Source: Minutocellus sp. GHC0000111
Lineage: Eukaryota
Reading direction: 5' to 3'
Length of the DNA: 64,000 nucleotides
NCBI GenBank assembly: GCA_977018835.1
Contig: OZ361259.1
Span: 1,240,001 to 1,304,000, forward strand
Position numbers and translations under genes: made by a program. The notes beneath the pieces are model-generated. The model was not told where the DNA came from. It did no database searches and was given only the letters and a program-made list of their open reading frames with translations. Of this stretch, positions 23,339 through 34,786 are shown piece by piece (within the stretch, counting starts at the first letter, position 1; the number at the start of each line of letters is the position of its first letter).

Positions 23339-25196
23339 ATGAAGCTTCTTGCCTGTTCCTTCCTGTTCACTGGCGCCGCGGCATTCGCTTCAGGGACAGT
23401 TCATTCTATCGATAGCAACCAAAGGCCGTCTACTGTGAGGCCGTCAACATTCAAGGTAAGGTCATTGCTAGATTGGCAAACATACACAAGATACGACACG
23501 CCGAAGAGGATCGCATGCGTCACTCATTTTCCACTGACGATCTTTTCCATCACCACCTTGCCGGTCGCCCCGCCAATTCTCTAACAAAACCAACTAAATA
23601 GAACACAATTGATACCAAAATGGCCTCCAAGGCAAGTCAAGAGGAAGAGGAGGCCCTGGTCCAAACGGCCTCCTCCTACTGTGCCTCGAATGGCATTCTA
23701 ATGGGCGCCCGCGACAAGTCCACCAACCAGCCCCTCGGTGCCAACATTTATGAGCCGGCACCGTTCTCGCTCCATCCCACACTGCTGCCGCGGGTGGCAT
23801 TCGATAAGGCGTATGAGATGGCCGTCCCGTTCAACAACGTGGTGCATCGCGCCGCGAGCAAGTACGAGGGTTGGCTCCGCAGTGCCGTCAAGACGGCTGC
23901 CGAGGGCGACAGGGACTTCACCGGCAAGATGCTGGTCCTTGCCGATGAGGTCGTTAAGAAGGGCAGGGTGCAGAATGTTGTCCTTGGAATATTGCGAAGC
24001 GATTATATGCTTCACTGTGAATCCAAGACTTCTGGAGATGATGGAGAAGGAGAGGCGGACCAAAAGAGGCAGTTCGATTCGGCGATTCCCCTGCAGGTGG
24101 AGCTCAATACCATCGCCTCGTCCTTCGGCTGTCTGTCCAGTAAGATCACCCGTATGCATCAACATTTGGAATCATTGGGAGGACCGACAACTGGACAAGG
24201 GTCATTGGCAGACAATGGCGCTGCCGAGGGTGTTGCGGAGGGATTGGCCATGGCACTGAAGGAATATCAACGTCAGAGAGAGGAGCACAGTATCAAACGT
24301 GATGACGCCGATGATGTTGATGAGGTTGTCGTCGTCATGGTGGTTCAGCCAGGAGAGACCAATTCGGTGGATCAGAGAGATTTGGAATTCCTGCTTCAGC
24401 AAAAGCACGGGGTGCGTCTGATCCGTCGAAGTCTCAACGAGTTGGCGACGGCTGCTAGTATGAACAACGGAGATGGGGATGATTTCCTTGAACGTGAGCT
24501 CATCATTCCAGATGGAGATAAGACGGTTGCCGCCGGCGTTGTTTACTACCGTGCTGGCTACACGCCCAATGATTATCCTACCGATACGGAGTGGCAAGGG
24601 CGCGGCAAGGTGGAGCACAGCGCCGCTATCAAGTGTCCTGACATCATGTATCATGTATTCGGATCGAAGAAAATCCAGCAGGTATTGGCGGAACCGAATG
24701 TGCTGCGTCAATTCTGCGAATCTGATGAAGAGGAAATCTTCTATCCTCCTCGTTTGCTGGTCTATACGCCCTTGGAGAGGGAGATGATTCTGCCGCCGTT
24801 GAGGCCGCTCTTGCCAATCCTCATGGCTACGTATTGAAACCCCAGCGGGAGGGTGGAGGCAATAATCTATACGACGACGATTTGGTACGAGAATTGAAAT
24901 CCATGTCCTATGACGAACGAGGAGCCTTCATCCTTATGCAAAAGATTATGCCCCCATCGGTACCAGGGAAGCTTGTTCGGGGCGGTGAAATCGTCTACGA
25001 TGGACCAACAGTCTGTGAGCTGGGAGTGTTTGGCATCAGCTTGCGTCGTTATGGCGGCAATGATGATGATGATGATGATGATGATATTCTTCTGAATAAG
25101 GTGGTGGGTCACATATTGCGAGCCAAGAGTGTTCAGACCGATGAAGGTGGTGTCGCTTTTGGATATGCCTTCCTTAGCAGTCCGAGAGTGGTTTGA
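23339..25196 (+). CDS. GSS: Eukaryotic glutathione synthetase with plastid-type presequence (exon 1 23339-23455, exon 2 from 23602); frameshift at ~24735
   Basis: 'LGILRSDYMLH', 'QVELNTIASSF', 'YYRAGYTP', 'KKIQQVL', 'KPQREGGGNN', 'DEGGVA'; signal peptide 'MKLLACSFLFTGAAA-F'. Confidence 0.9.
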
Positions 25197-25836
25197 TTGA
25201 AAACTTCCCTGAGGCATACCGGTAGATCTAGATCTAGAGAATGAATCAGAAGGCTTTCGTGCTTTTTTTTTTTCTCAAGCGGTTCTCTGGATTTCCGTAT
25301 CCGGCCCTTATGGTGGCCCAAAATTCTCTTTTCAAATCAAAAGTCTCTCCAACTAGCTAGATTTAGATCTAACTAGTCTATCTATTACACATGTATGACG
25401 CTGTAGACTACATTGTAGGACGATGAGCCCAAACTGCCTGCTGATTTACCGGTATTTGTCTTTTCCAGCAACAGGAGCATCACTTTTTGACTGGCGCCTT
25501 ACGTGGGAGAATAAGGCCCTTTATTTTTCTTGCTCTCGATGGCTAAAAATGTCTGGACTGGGAATCTGTCCTTTGAATTTCTCTCGTCGACGCAGTGAGA
25601 AGATGCCTTCAAACAAGTGGGGACGAAAATGATCGTTTTCTCCCTCCAAGGACCGTTCCGAAAAAAAGGTGTTCAAACGGCCGTTCAAAGTAACGAGGGC
25701 AGTTCCCTACACAAAAAGCTAGCACACTCTTAGTGGACTGCCGGAAGCATCGCTCGTCATTGTGCTATGAAACAGTGCAACGCACAGCAGCAGAGGTTCA
25801 AAAGAGTGATCATACTAAACTCCTAGCATCACCGAG

Positions 25837-26325
25837 ATGAATACAAGCCACGACGCGGCATCATCTTCCAACATGCAAGCCGAGGAGCATCGGCAAGAGC
25901 AGCAACCACCTCCCGGCGGCGAAAACAGAATGCCGGAGCAAAATGACGACGAAAAGATACCTCAACTTCCCAACCCCGTCTGCACCCCAGCTCAGGTGGC
26001 CAACACACTCAGCACCAAGGAGATGGAAAACCTCTTCATCGACATGTCCTTCTACGCCCGATTGGGTTTCCTCCAAGCACCGTCGTGCCTCAAATGTGCG
26101 TATCGGGATGCACATGCAGGAACGGACTACCGGGACGCCATCGCTGCCAAGGGATGCGGCAGGCTCGTCCTGTGGAGGAAGGACACGGCACTCCCGATCC
26201 ATCCCGACAACATGCAGACCAATTCGGTCGTCATCACATGCGCGACGGCCAAGGCCTTCATGCGAGGTGAGACTGTGGCTTGCGTCCACTGGGACAAGGA
26301 TTCCCAAACGTTGGTAACCGACTAA
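25837..26325 (+). CDS. Hypothetical protein with CxxC motif
   Basis: 162-aa ORF with coding-like composition, 'SFYARLGFLQAPSCLKC'. Confidence 0.6.
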   Translation: MNTSHDAASSSNMQAEEHRQEQQPPPGGENRMPEQNDDEKIPQLPNPVCTPAQVANTLSTKEMENLFIDMSFYARLGFLQAPSCLKCAYRDAHAGTDYRDAIAAKGCGRLVLWRKDTALPIHPDNMQTNSVVITCATAKAFMRGETVACVHWDKDSQTLVTD

Positions 26326-27128
26326 CCAATGTGTATGGGGCCTATTTTCGACGTGCTGGGTTCGGTGGCATATTGGACCACCAATGCGACAAGAAATACT
26401 TGAAATATGTTGAATGATCTTGGTGAAAGTTGATGAACTGAAAGCTAGCTAGAAAGTATCCAAATGAATTGAAAGCTTACTAGCTAGATCAGAATCGATG
26501 GACTGGACTGGCATGCGAACGTGGCAAATTGACGGACTGATGATTTATTTTATGTGAAATGGAGTACACCATGAGTTACATACTGCTGGGCGTCATCCCA
26601 AGGAGATAACTCCACATGACGGTCCTGCCGAGTATCCCTCGATAACGATGGGGAGGTAGTAGATGACTGTGGTGCACTTTTGAATTGTACATGTAGGAAT
26701 TCCTAGCGATAGGACTAGCTATGTAGCTAGGACAAAATAAAGAATTCAATTTATTCGAACCGCTGACATAATTGCATAGTAGCCCTGTCTCGACCTCGCA
26801 TCCATACGATATAATATGTGTGTGCGTGGTTATGGTGGTGCCAAATCCACTCTGCATGTATAACACCGGTATCAGTACGAGACTTCTACTAATTGCCTTG
26901 GACTAGCTACTAGTAGTATCATTATCACTCTTTGTTGTCCTGCACGTTACCTACTAATCTATGAAATGCTTGGCGCCTGCAACACGACATTTACACGTAG
27001 CTACGTAGCTATGCCTTATCAAGTGACTCTTCGATTCGAACCCGGCAGGCACACTACCCATGTCATACGATCCAAAGCAAATGTTCAAGAAATTAGTCAT
27101 ACATGTAGCTGTTCGAGCCCAGATACAT

Positions 27129-28639
27129 CTACGAGCAAGCCTCCTTGATTTTCGTGCAGATAGGCTCAAAGTGTGACCAGTATTGACTTCCATAAAACGC
27201 GTCTTCCATCACCACAATAAGCTGACGGGCCTCGTCCACTACAAAGGGATCATCAATAGTACGCTGCACAAAATCGGCAGCTTTGGTCTCGAATCCCAGG
27301 ATTTGGGAGAAGCGTCCTCCGAAGAGGAAGGCGCCGCGTTTCTGGCTCCAAAAATTCGTTTTGAGCTCTTGGATGAGGCTGCGCTTGGTGAGATTAGCCC
27401 GCAAGTGTTTTTCGCATTGGTGCAATAGGCTGGGGTCGTTGCCCTTATCAGGACGGAATCGATCGGCGGCCTCTTCGAACATCTGCACAACGTCCTCAGT
27501 TTTAGCGCCATCGTTACTCGCAGCAATCGCCTTCGTAACGAGGAGGACTCCGCGAGCATTGTGCTCTTGGGGAGTCATTTCATTTTCACCGGCATCGATA
27601 GACGTGACCCTCTTGACTAGATTGAGCTGCTGCAACAGACGGAATGCAAAGTCTTGCCAACTTTGGGGTTGCTTCCATGTGAGCTGGGTTGACATCGTTG
27701 AAGTTGGATTTGCTCATCCAACCTGCTGCCGTGGTAGAGTCGCCTTGGCAAAGATAGCATTCCAGCGGTGCCCCTTCCTCTATCTTGATCTTGATCGTGC
27801 CTTGTCTATCAACTTGCGTCATTGATGCATCTAGCTCAAATCTCGTTGCTCAGCGAGCCTCATCTTTGAGCTCCGAACAAGGCACCCGGAGCCTTCTCTC
27901 CTCGGCTACCTGGACCAATCACCTCTCGTCTACCCCTTCTCCATCCACCAGACCCTCCTCGGCTCTGGCTGTGGCCAGCTGCTCCCGGATCAGCTCCAAC
28001 TCCTCCTTCATGCTGGACGCCTCCTCCCACAATTCCGACAGGATTAGGACCGTGGCATCCACATGGCCGTTGGCTGTGCACGTACCGCTTGTGGCATTGG
28101 CCCTGCTGTCTCGGGACATGGCGCGGATCTGCTCCAAGAGGCGCGGAAGTGACGGAAGTGGCGCCATTCGCAGTCCTGTTGGACCATCGACCACCGATGC
28201 CGGCGATTCCAACGCCATGAACTCCCGGACGGCGAACACGGTCTCCGATGAGGCTGGGCGGGTCCGGATGCTGCTACTCGTAGTGCGGGTCCGATCCTGT
28301 GGCATCTGGAGGGCATTGTGGCGATCGTAATTCGTAATGTTGTTGGTCATTTGTCCGACGAGGTTGCTGCCGCTGGAGCTGCCGCTGGTCTCTCATATGA
28401 CGATTGGCACGCGCACCGCCATTGTCACCAACTGCATTTTGATGTTGATGCTTCGGACGCAGCTGCGGCCGTCCCTTGCCATTCCTCCCTTGGGACGATG
28501 CCGTGGAGTTGTTGTTGTTCTGTTGTGCCGCCGCCCTCGGAGTGTTAGCGTCATTTGCTGCCGCATCGGAGCTCTGCCGCCGCTGCTGCTGACCACCGCC
28601 GGGTCCCACGCCGGGACGCCGAGGCTTCTTCTTGACCAT
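27129..28639 (-). pseudogene. Degraded hypothetical gene (in-frame TGA stops and frameshifts)
   Basis: ORFs 27919-28350 and 27586-27822 share a frame and are separated by two TGA codons; flanking ORFs are in shifted frames. Confidence 0.45.
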
Positions 28640-29266
28640 TAGACAGCCGCAATGCTTTGTTTGGTGTTGATTTTGTTGACGAACGTAGGAGATTTACTCG
28701 TCGATGGTACGACGGAGCCGGCCGAGAGGGGCGTATCTTGAAAAATGAGAGAGATTGCAGTCGAAGAGTCAAAGCTGCAAAAAGCATGTCAATGTTTTTT
28801 CTGGACTTATTCGACCCAAAAGAGGGATCAAAATCTGCGAGGTCTGTCTTGCCATTTTTTCTGGACCTCGTAAATGCCAGATTTTCGGACGCATGGGTCA
28901 TTTCTGGGCCAATGATTTCGGGCCTAAATCAAGCAGCCCAATAATGTTGGCTGCCGCCACGCACGCCGAAGGTTCAAGTCGGGATATCACTTCTGCCTGG
29001 TCGGTCTTGAAGACTCTCACTTCATAGTCCTTTTCAGATCACATTTCCATTCATTTGTTTGTCTCACTTTTCGTTGAAAGAGGTCCAAGTGAAGTGAAGC
29101 CAAACGTGCCACCCACGGTCAGTCGCAACACATAAACAATCGATTCGAGCATAAACTCGTTCGTCGTCGCAAGCACACAAGCCACCAGCCCAGAAGACAT
29201 TTCTCCGAAGCCTGCATCGAGTTTTTCGCCAGCTCCAACCATTTATTTGAAACTACTACAGCCAAG

Positions 29267-31265
29267 ATGAAATGCACCCTTGCAGCCTTCGCCGTCCTCC
29301 TCTCGTCCGTCCACGCCCAAGGCCCTCCGTGTGCCTTCACCATCGACGGAGACGCACCGGGCAACTCTGACGGCAAGCGCCAGGCTGAATTCAACGTCCC
29401 CCCTGGCATGGCCAACAAAGCCACCCAATTCAAGGCATGCAACCCCAACTCCCCCGGGGGGGACAAGACCTTCAAAGTCGTGTCCTCCACCGACTTTGGA
29501 CCCGCGGGTGGCCAGCCCCTGGAATCCTGGTCCGGCCAGGCCGACGACGGGTCCGAGCTCAACTTCGTCGTCGACGAGCACGGTCATTCCACCGCCAGCG
29601 TCACCGACCTTCCCGGCAAGACCATTACCAGCGTCGGCAGAGACGCTCAGGGCAATCTGCAGAGTGTCACCCGTTCGGTAAATGACTGTCCCGACGAGGC
29701 CGACCCGGAGGATGTTGGCGTCGACCTGACGGTCGGCATGGACGATCTGAACCGCCGTGCCCTCCGTGGTAAAGGCGATGCTGCCGCAACCGAAAAGCCA
29801 CTGAGTACCAGTAGCCGCCGCCTTCTCGACAATGGCGAGCAGCTGGATGTCCTCGTTCTTTGGACTGAGTTTGCCGAGTGCCGGAATTCCGGCCAGGCAC
29901 GGGGATGTACGCCCACGGCCACCACCGCGAACAACATGCGCAGCCGCATCGTAAGTCTTCTTGGAGATGGTTTTCGGTCTTTTTATCAGATGCACTTATA
30001 CTGCACAAAAAGAATCGTCTATTTGCGTTCTCTTCCTAACTTCCTTCTCAACACCTACTGCGTTTATTTTTTTACGACATGTGACAGAACCTGGCTTTCC
30101 AGGAAACCAACCAAGCCTACGATGCATCCGGTGTCAACACTATGATCAATCTGGTCCACGCCCAGAAGACCATCTACGACGACAGCACCGGGTACAGTCC
30201 AGCCCTCAGCGCCCTTCGGAGCACGACCGATGGACTCATGGACGAGGCCCACACCCTCCGCGCGCAGCACGGGGCCGACCTCGTTGCTCAAATCATTGAC
30301 AATTCTCAGTACTGCGGAATGGCCTACCTGGGCCGCAGAACCGACCTCATGTTCTCCGTGACGTCTTGGAGCTGCGCCACGGGATACTACTCCTTTGGAC
30401 ATGGTAAGCGGAAGGAAAATGATTGATATTGATCCATTCGTCATTTCGCCTATGGAGCATCGTCGAGAAAAAGACACGAGTCGACTCCTTTCCAAAAGGC
30501 TAACCCCGACCCTTCCTTTATTACCTCACTTTCATTATCACAGAGATTGGTTACAACCTCGGCTGCAATCACGACCGTCCCTCCTCAAACGGCTGTGACT
30601 CTTCCACCTACAACTATGGCTGGCGCGATCCTCAGACCGACTTCCGCTCCATCATGGCGTGCAACTGCGCCAGTGGTCAGTGCGACAACAACGCCGGAGG
30701 GGGGTGTACGCGAGTTCAGAGGTTCTCCAACCCAAACTTCACCTACGGCAACAATAATAAGGCCATTGGCGATGCTGATAATGACAATGCCAGGCAGATC
30801 AACAACGTCAGGGTCGCCGTTTCCCAGTATTACGACTCCGTCACTGCTGGGCCGACTCCCACCCCTCCAACCCCAGTACCTCCTACCCCTGTCCCGCCGA
30901 CTCCCGCTCCTGTCCCGCCTACGCCGGTCCCACCTACTCCCGCTCCGGTGCCTCCCACTCCCGTCCCACCAACGCCGGTACCCCCCTCTGTGCCCAAGTA
31001 CATGTGCGCCAACAAGTTCCGCAGTGCCTCGACCATCTGTGTTGATGGTAGCACCGTCTCGTGCGGGGAACAGAATGATTCCTGTGGCAACGGCGGCAAG
31101 TGCTGTCAGGTGGCCGATTGTGGGGGTGGCAACCCGCCGGCGCCGGCACCATTTGCGGCACCCCCTCCCGGCACCTGCAACGAATCTGGGGTCTCTTGCA
31201 GCGCAGAGGGTGGATGCTGCAACGGCTGCCAGACCAAGGGCCGGTGGGCCGGCACGTGCAAGTAA
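29267..31265 (+). CDS. Secreted reprolysin (M12B)-like metallopeptidase with PTPVP linker and Cys-rich tail (exons 29267-29950, 30088-30403, 30544-31265)
   Basis: Signal peptide, 'LDVLVLWT', 'GADLV', 'YCGMAY', spliced 'SFGHEIGYNLGCNHD', Met-turn 'FRSIMA', 'FSNP'. Confidence 0.85.
30860..30995 (+). repeat. Coding 15-bp tandem repeat (PTPVP/PTPAP)
   Basis: Repeated Pro/Thr pentapeptides in the translation. Confidence 0.85.
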
Positions 31266-31600
31266 ATTTCAGTAGATAGTGCGGGTAGAATAAGATACTA
31301 ATTGAAATGCAAAAGAAACAATTGTAAGTCCGCTAATATTGTTCATCTAAGATCTACTAAAGTCGAATCCACAATCAAATATCAATCTTCTATGCATCTA
31401 ATCTTCAGTTGAACAACTGCCCATCAACACACGCTTTCCTGAAAGAAGACTGACGCACTGAGCGAGTTTACCCATGAACTCAGGATCGAACAAAATTACT
31501 CCCTGGATGCATTGCATGTCTACAACTGTGTCGTCTTTGATTTTCAGCTTCAAGGGTGCTAGTCCTTCGCTTATTTGCATCTTTTCTCTATAATCCTGCA

Positions 31601-32965
31601 TTAGTTGATAAACTGCCCAATAATGCAAGCTTCCCACTCGTTCACTACAAGCCCGGCGCATGGAGTGAGCTTGTCGATGGTATCCTGACGTAAGGTTGAA
31701 AGAACCCCGCCAACGCATCTTTGGTTTATACCGCCTGTCGCGGGGTTACCAGAAATACACTCACTAAGCTTCTCAATGATGTCTTCTGCAGCAAGGGTAC
31801 TATTCCTCTTCACCCAGCAATTCTGATTTTCACTGTGCCACATAGCCGAATAGCTGCTGAAGATTCTACAGTTGTCAGTATCGGAATTGTAGTCATAAGC
31901 TTTGCAGTCGGCGCCTTCATCCACGCATTTGTATTGGCACCAAGCTCGTGTCTTAACTTTCCATGTGGACCCGATTGTTCCTCTGCAAGCTTTGTCGTAT
32001 TTCTTGGCAAAAAGGCAGTCCCCTCCGTCCCAACCGCAATCAGCGGTGTTGTAGGGCGGCATGCCTTTGCACTCGCCATCGCCGATGTAATGAAATTGGT
32101 TAACGTGGCAATCAGGGTAGCCATCTACAAAACAGTCTCCACCATCCCAACCGCACTCCGCGGTATTGTATTCGGTAGTGAATACAGCACTATCGCAATG
32201 TCCGTCTCCAATCCAATGAGGATTATTAACGTGGCAATTGGGATATTTGATAAGCAGTTGTCCTTGATCTGTCCCAAACAGCACGCCAAGGACGGTTCCA
32301 AGAAGAGTGACAAATGCAAAGGCCACAAAGCAGAGCTTGCGCTTTCGCGTGCACCTCTTTCTTGTTGGTGAAACTTTATCCTCTGTATCCGTATCGCCTT
32401 CATCCGATGTCTCATCAGAAGTGGCAGAGCTCTGGACACCGTTGGACGATGAAGGAACTGGGATGGGAGTCGGGTCCTCTTCGTCAATCTGAGCCTCGGT
32501 TTCTTCTTCTACATCGACCTCCTCGAGCGTTGCCGGTGGCACCTTCGTCCCTTCGTTAGCCGCACTGCTGACAATTGGCAGGGCCTTGGCCTCGGGCAGA
32601 GCCATATCTTCCGAGTCGATGGGGACGGCGACGCTGTTGCTGATCGGCGCCACTTCTGACGCCAGGTCCAACTTGCCGCTCATCATGTCTTCGTAGGCGG
32701 TACTGCGTGGCTTCATGGCAGAGCGATGGCTGCTGTAAGCGGTGGCTGCAGCAGAAGGGACAACTGGAGAAGGAGCAACCTCCATCGGCGGTGCGGTTGG
32801 TCCGTCGTAGGCATCGCCATCCTTCGTTGGTTTGGCGGGCAGCTTGGTATCGTCGTCGGGGGCGAATATCTTGCTCGGGGATGTCACGTCGTCGATGGGA
32901 TTGCCATTGTCGCTGGGCGTCGATCGGATGCTGTGCCGGCTCTCGTAGTCACCGTCGGGATCCAT
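31601..32965 (-). CDS. Single-pass membrane protein with two LNR/Notch-like repeats and a PAN/apple-like domain
   Basis: TM 'LCFVAFAFVTLLGTVLGVLF'; two copies of 'YPxCHV..IGDGxC..YNTAxCGWDGGDC'; 'WCQYKC..CKAYDY..CRIFS'. Confidence 0.7.
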   Translation of the reverse strand: MDPDGDYESRHSIRSTPSDNGNPIDDVTSPSKIFAPDDDTKLPAKPTKDGDAYDGPTAPPMEVAPSPVVPSAAATAYSSHRSAMKPRSTAYEDMMSGKLDLASEVAPISNSVAVPIDSEDMALPEAKALPIVSSAANEGTKVPPATLEEVDVEEETEAQIDEEDPTPIPVPSSSNGVQSSATSDETSDEGDTDTEDKVSPTRKRCTRKRKLCFVAFAFVTLLGTVLGVLFGTDQGQLLIKYPNCHVNNPHWIGDGHCDSAVFTTEYNTAECGWDGGDCFVDGYPDCHVNQFHYIGDGECKGMPPYNTADCGWDGGDCLFAKKYDKACRGTIGSTWKVKTRAWCQYKCVDEGADCKAYDYNSDTDNCRIFSSYSAMWHSENQNCWVKRNSTLAAEDIIEKLSECISGNPATGGINQRCVGGVLSTLRQDTIDKLTPCAGLVVNEWEACIIGQFIN

Positions 32966-34633
32966 GGTTTTTGACTTGATTGGTTTGGAATGGCATTTTT
33001 TCCTGCCGAATGATGAGAGTTCGGGTAGAGATTAACGAAGAAAGAGAAGATGTGAGCATGAGCGTCAATATCGGTAATCGAAACGAAACGAAAAAGTAAT
33101 GGAGACAGAGAGATGTTGCTGGGATGGAAAGGGTGTATCCTTCATTCCATTTATGCAACGCCAGTCCATCGCCCCCGGCACACTTACCTTGGTCGTTTTG
33201 GGTTGATGTTGGTGTTCTTTTTCGGGTTGTGAGCTCTCTTCTTCATGCTTCGTGCACCACAACTGGTCGACGGCTCTTTCGTTTGGTCTGGGTCGAGGCG
33301 TCGACATTTTTGGCTGACGATGCGAAGCATTCACTTCTGTCTGTCTGAACCAGGAGATTTTGAGGTTGCGACCTGCTCCCGAGAGTATGCGGTCAGAAAA
33401 TGGCACTGACGCAACATCCATCTTCAAGTTGCTTGGAAGATGGCAGTCCACAGTCCGCGGCCGGGAAGGTTTGATACCAACCAGTCGCTGCTACAAAAGT
33501 TCCGTAGATTTCCAATATACCAGCCTTGCATTCTCCGTCGGCAAGAGCGTAAAGCTGTCTCGTATCTTCGGCCCAAACGACGGCCCCACAAAACCGGCAC
33601 GTCATGCGCTCGTTGCAGCGGCCTTGCTACTTCTTGCCATTGGCTTGCCGGCTGTTGATGCCTTCTCGACGACAACCTCAATAAGTCGAGCATCGATATC
33701 AACAGTGCATCCATCAAGGAACAGTGCTATCAGAACACTTTCTGCCTCGACAATCGCCGAGAGCGACACGGCAGCATCTACCGACGAAGGAAGTACCTCC
33801 GATGGAGCCGCCCAAACTCGGACGCTTGGCTCGCAGGAGCTCCTGATGCTGCCCCGTCAGTACTCTCCGTCGCTCACGCCCTTTCCTCAGATGAATCACG
33901 TCTGCGTTGCTACTTTATCCGCCACTCCACCAGTCGCCTCTCTTCTGACCGCCATTGAGAATGCCATGGCAACTCATCCATTGCTGAGGTCTCACGTGGA
34001 GGGAAGTGGTGAGCCCGACGAGCGCATTGATCTGTTCAACATGGTCCGCAAGGGCAATCCCGATCCCGAGCGATTCGTGGCACCCGATAACGGGCAAGAT
34101 GTTGGGTTTACAGCGCAAGATGTTCTCAAGGTGGTCGATATCGATTTAGGTGATAACGAAGCACTGAGCCAAAGCTGGGAGGAGGCCTTCCGTCGTGATC
34201 TGGACGATGGCAGCTGGTGTACTGCTGCCACTGGACCCCTCTGGAAGGTCGAGCTGCACCGCTCTGCAAACAATGACAACGGGTCCGATGCATCATGCGC
34301 TTTGGTGTTGTCGTTCAACCACGCCATTTCGGACCAGTCCAGTGCCAACCTTCTGCTTGATCAGCTGCTTTCGGACATGGCCGACATCGATGCCAAGAAT
34401 GAAGTACACGCGCCGGCCATACCCCAATCGATGCCCCTTAGCTTGGAGGAGAGTGTGCTCGGCGTTGGCAAATCCTTTGAAGATGTCCAAACCGACGACA
34501 TCACGCTGGATACCATCAAATATGTGGCGGGTAAGGCGGCTGAGGGGTTCAAATCCCCCGTCATACTGCCCGATGACAACACCTCCGCCGAAGATGATGG
34601 TTCGGGTCTTGTGGGTGCGTTGTCGACCATATC

Positions 34634-34660
34634 GGGTTAGGGTTAGGGTTAGGGTTAGGG
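34634..34660 (+). repeat. Interstitial telomeric repeat GGG(TTAGGG)4
   Basis: Read directly; creates the TAG stop of ORF 33360-34640. Confidence 0.95.
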
Positions 34661-34786
34661 GTACCCTTACGGTGCTTCACCGGAGCAGATGCACAGGGTA
34701 GCGATGAGAGATGTCAATGCTCCAGAGATCAACAATAGTTGGCAACAAATGTGGAAATTCATTGGTGTTGACAAGCTACTGGAATT
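34661..34786 (+). repeat. 126-bp direct copy of 36584-36709
   Basis: Identical by inspection from gtacccttac to tactggaatt. Confidence 0.95.

Noticed and set aside
24720..24750. Programmed frameshift in GSS
   Set aside because: One missing base in a short A run explains it; mutation or consensus error is simpler
34634..34660. True chromosome end
   Set aside because: Only 4.5 units, and the same gene continues beyond it
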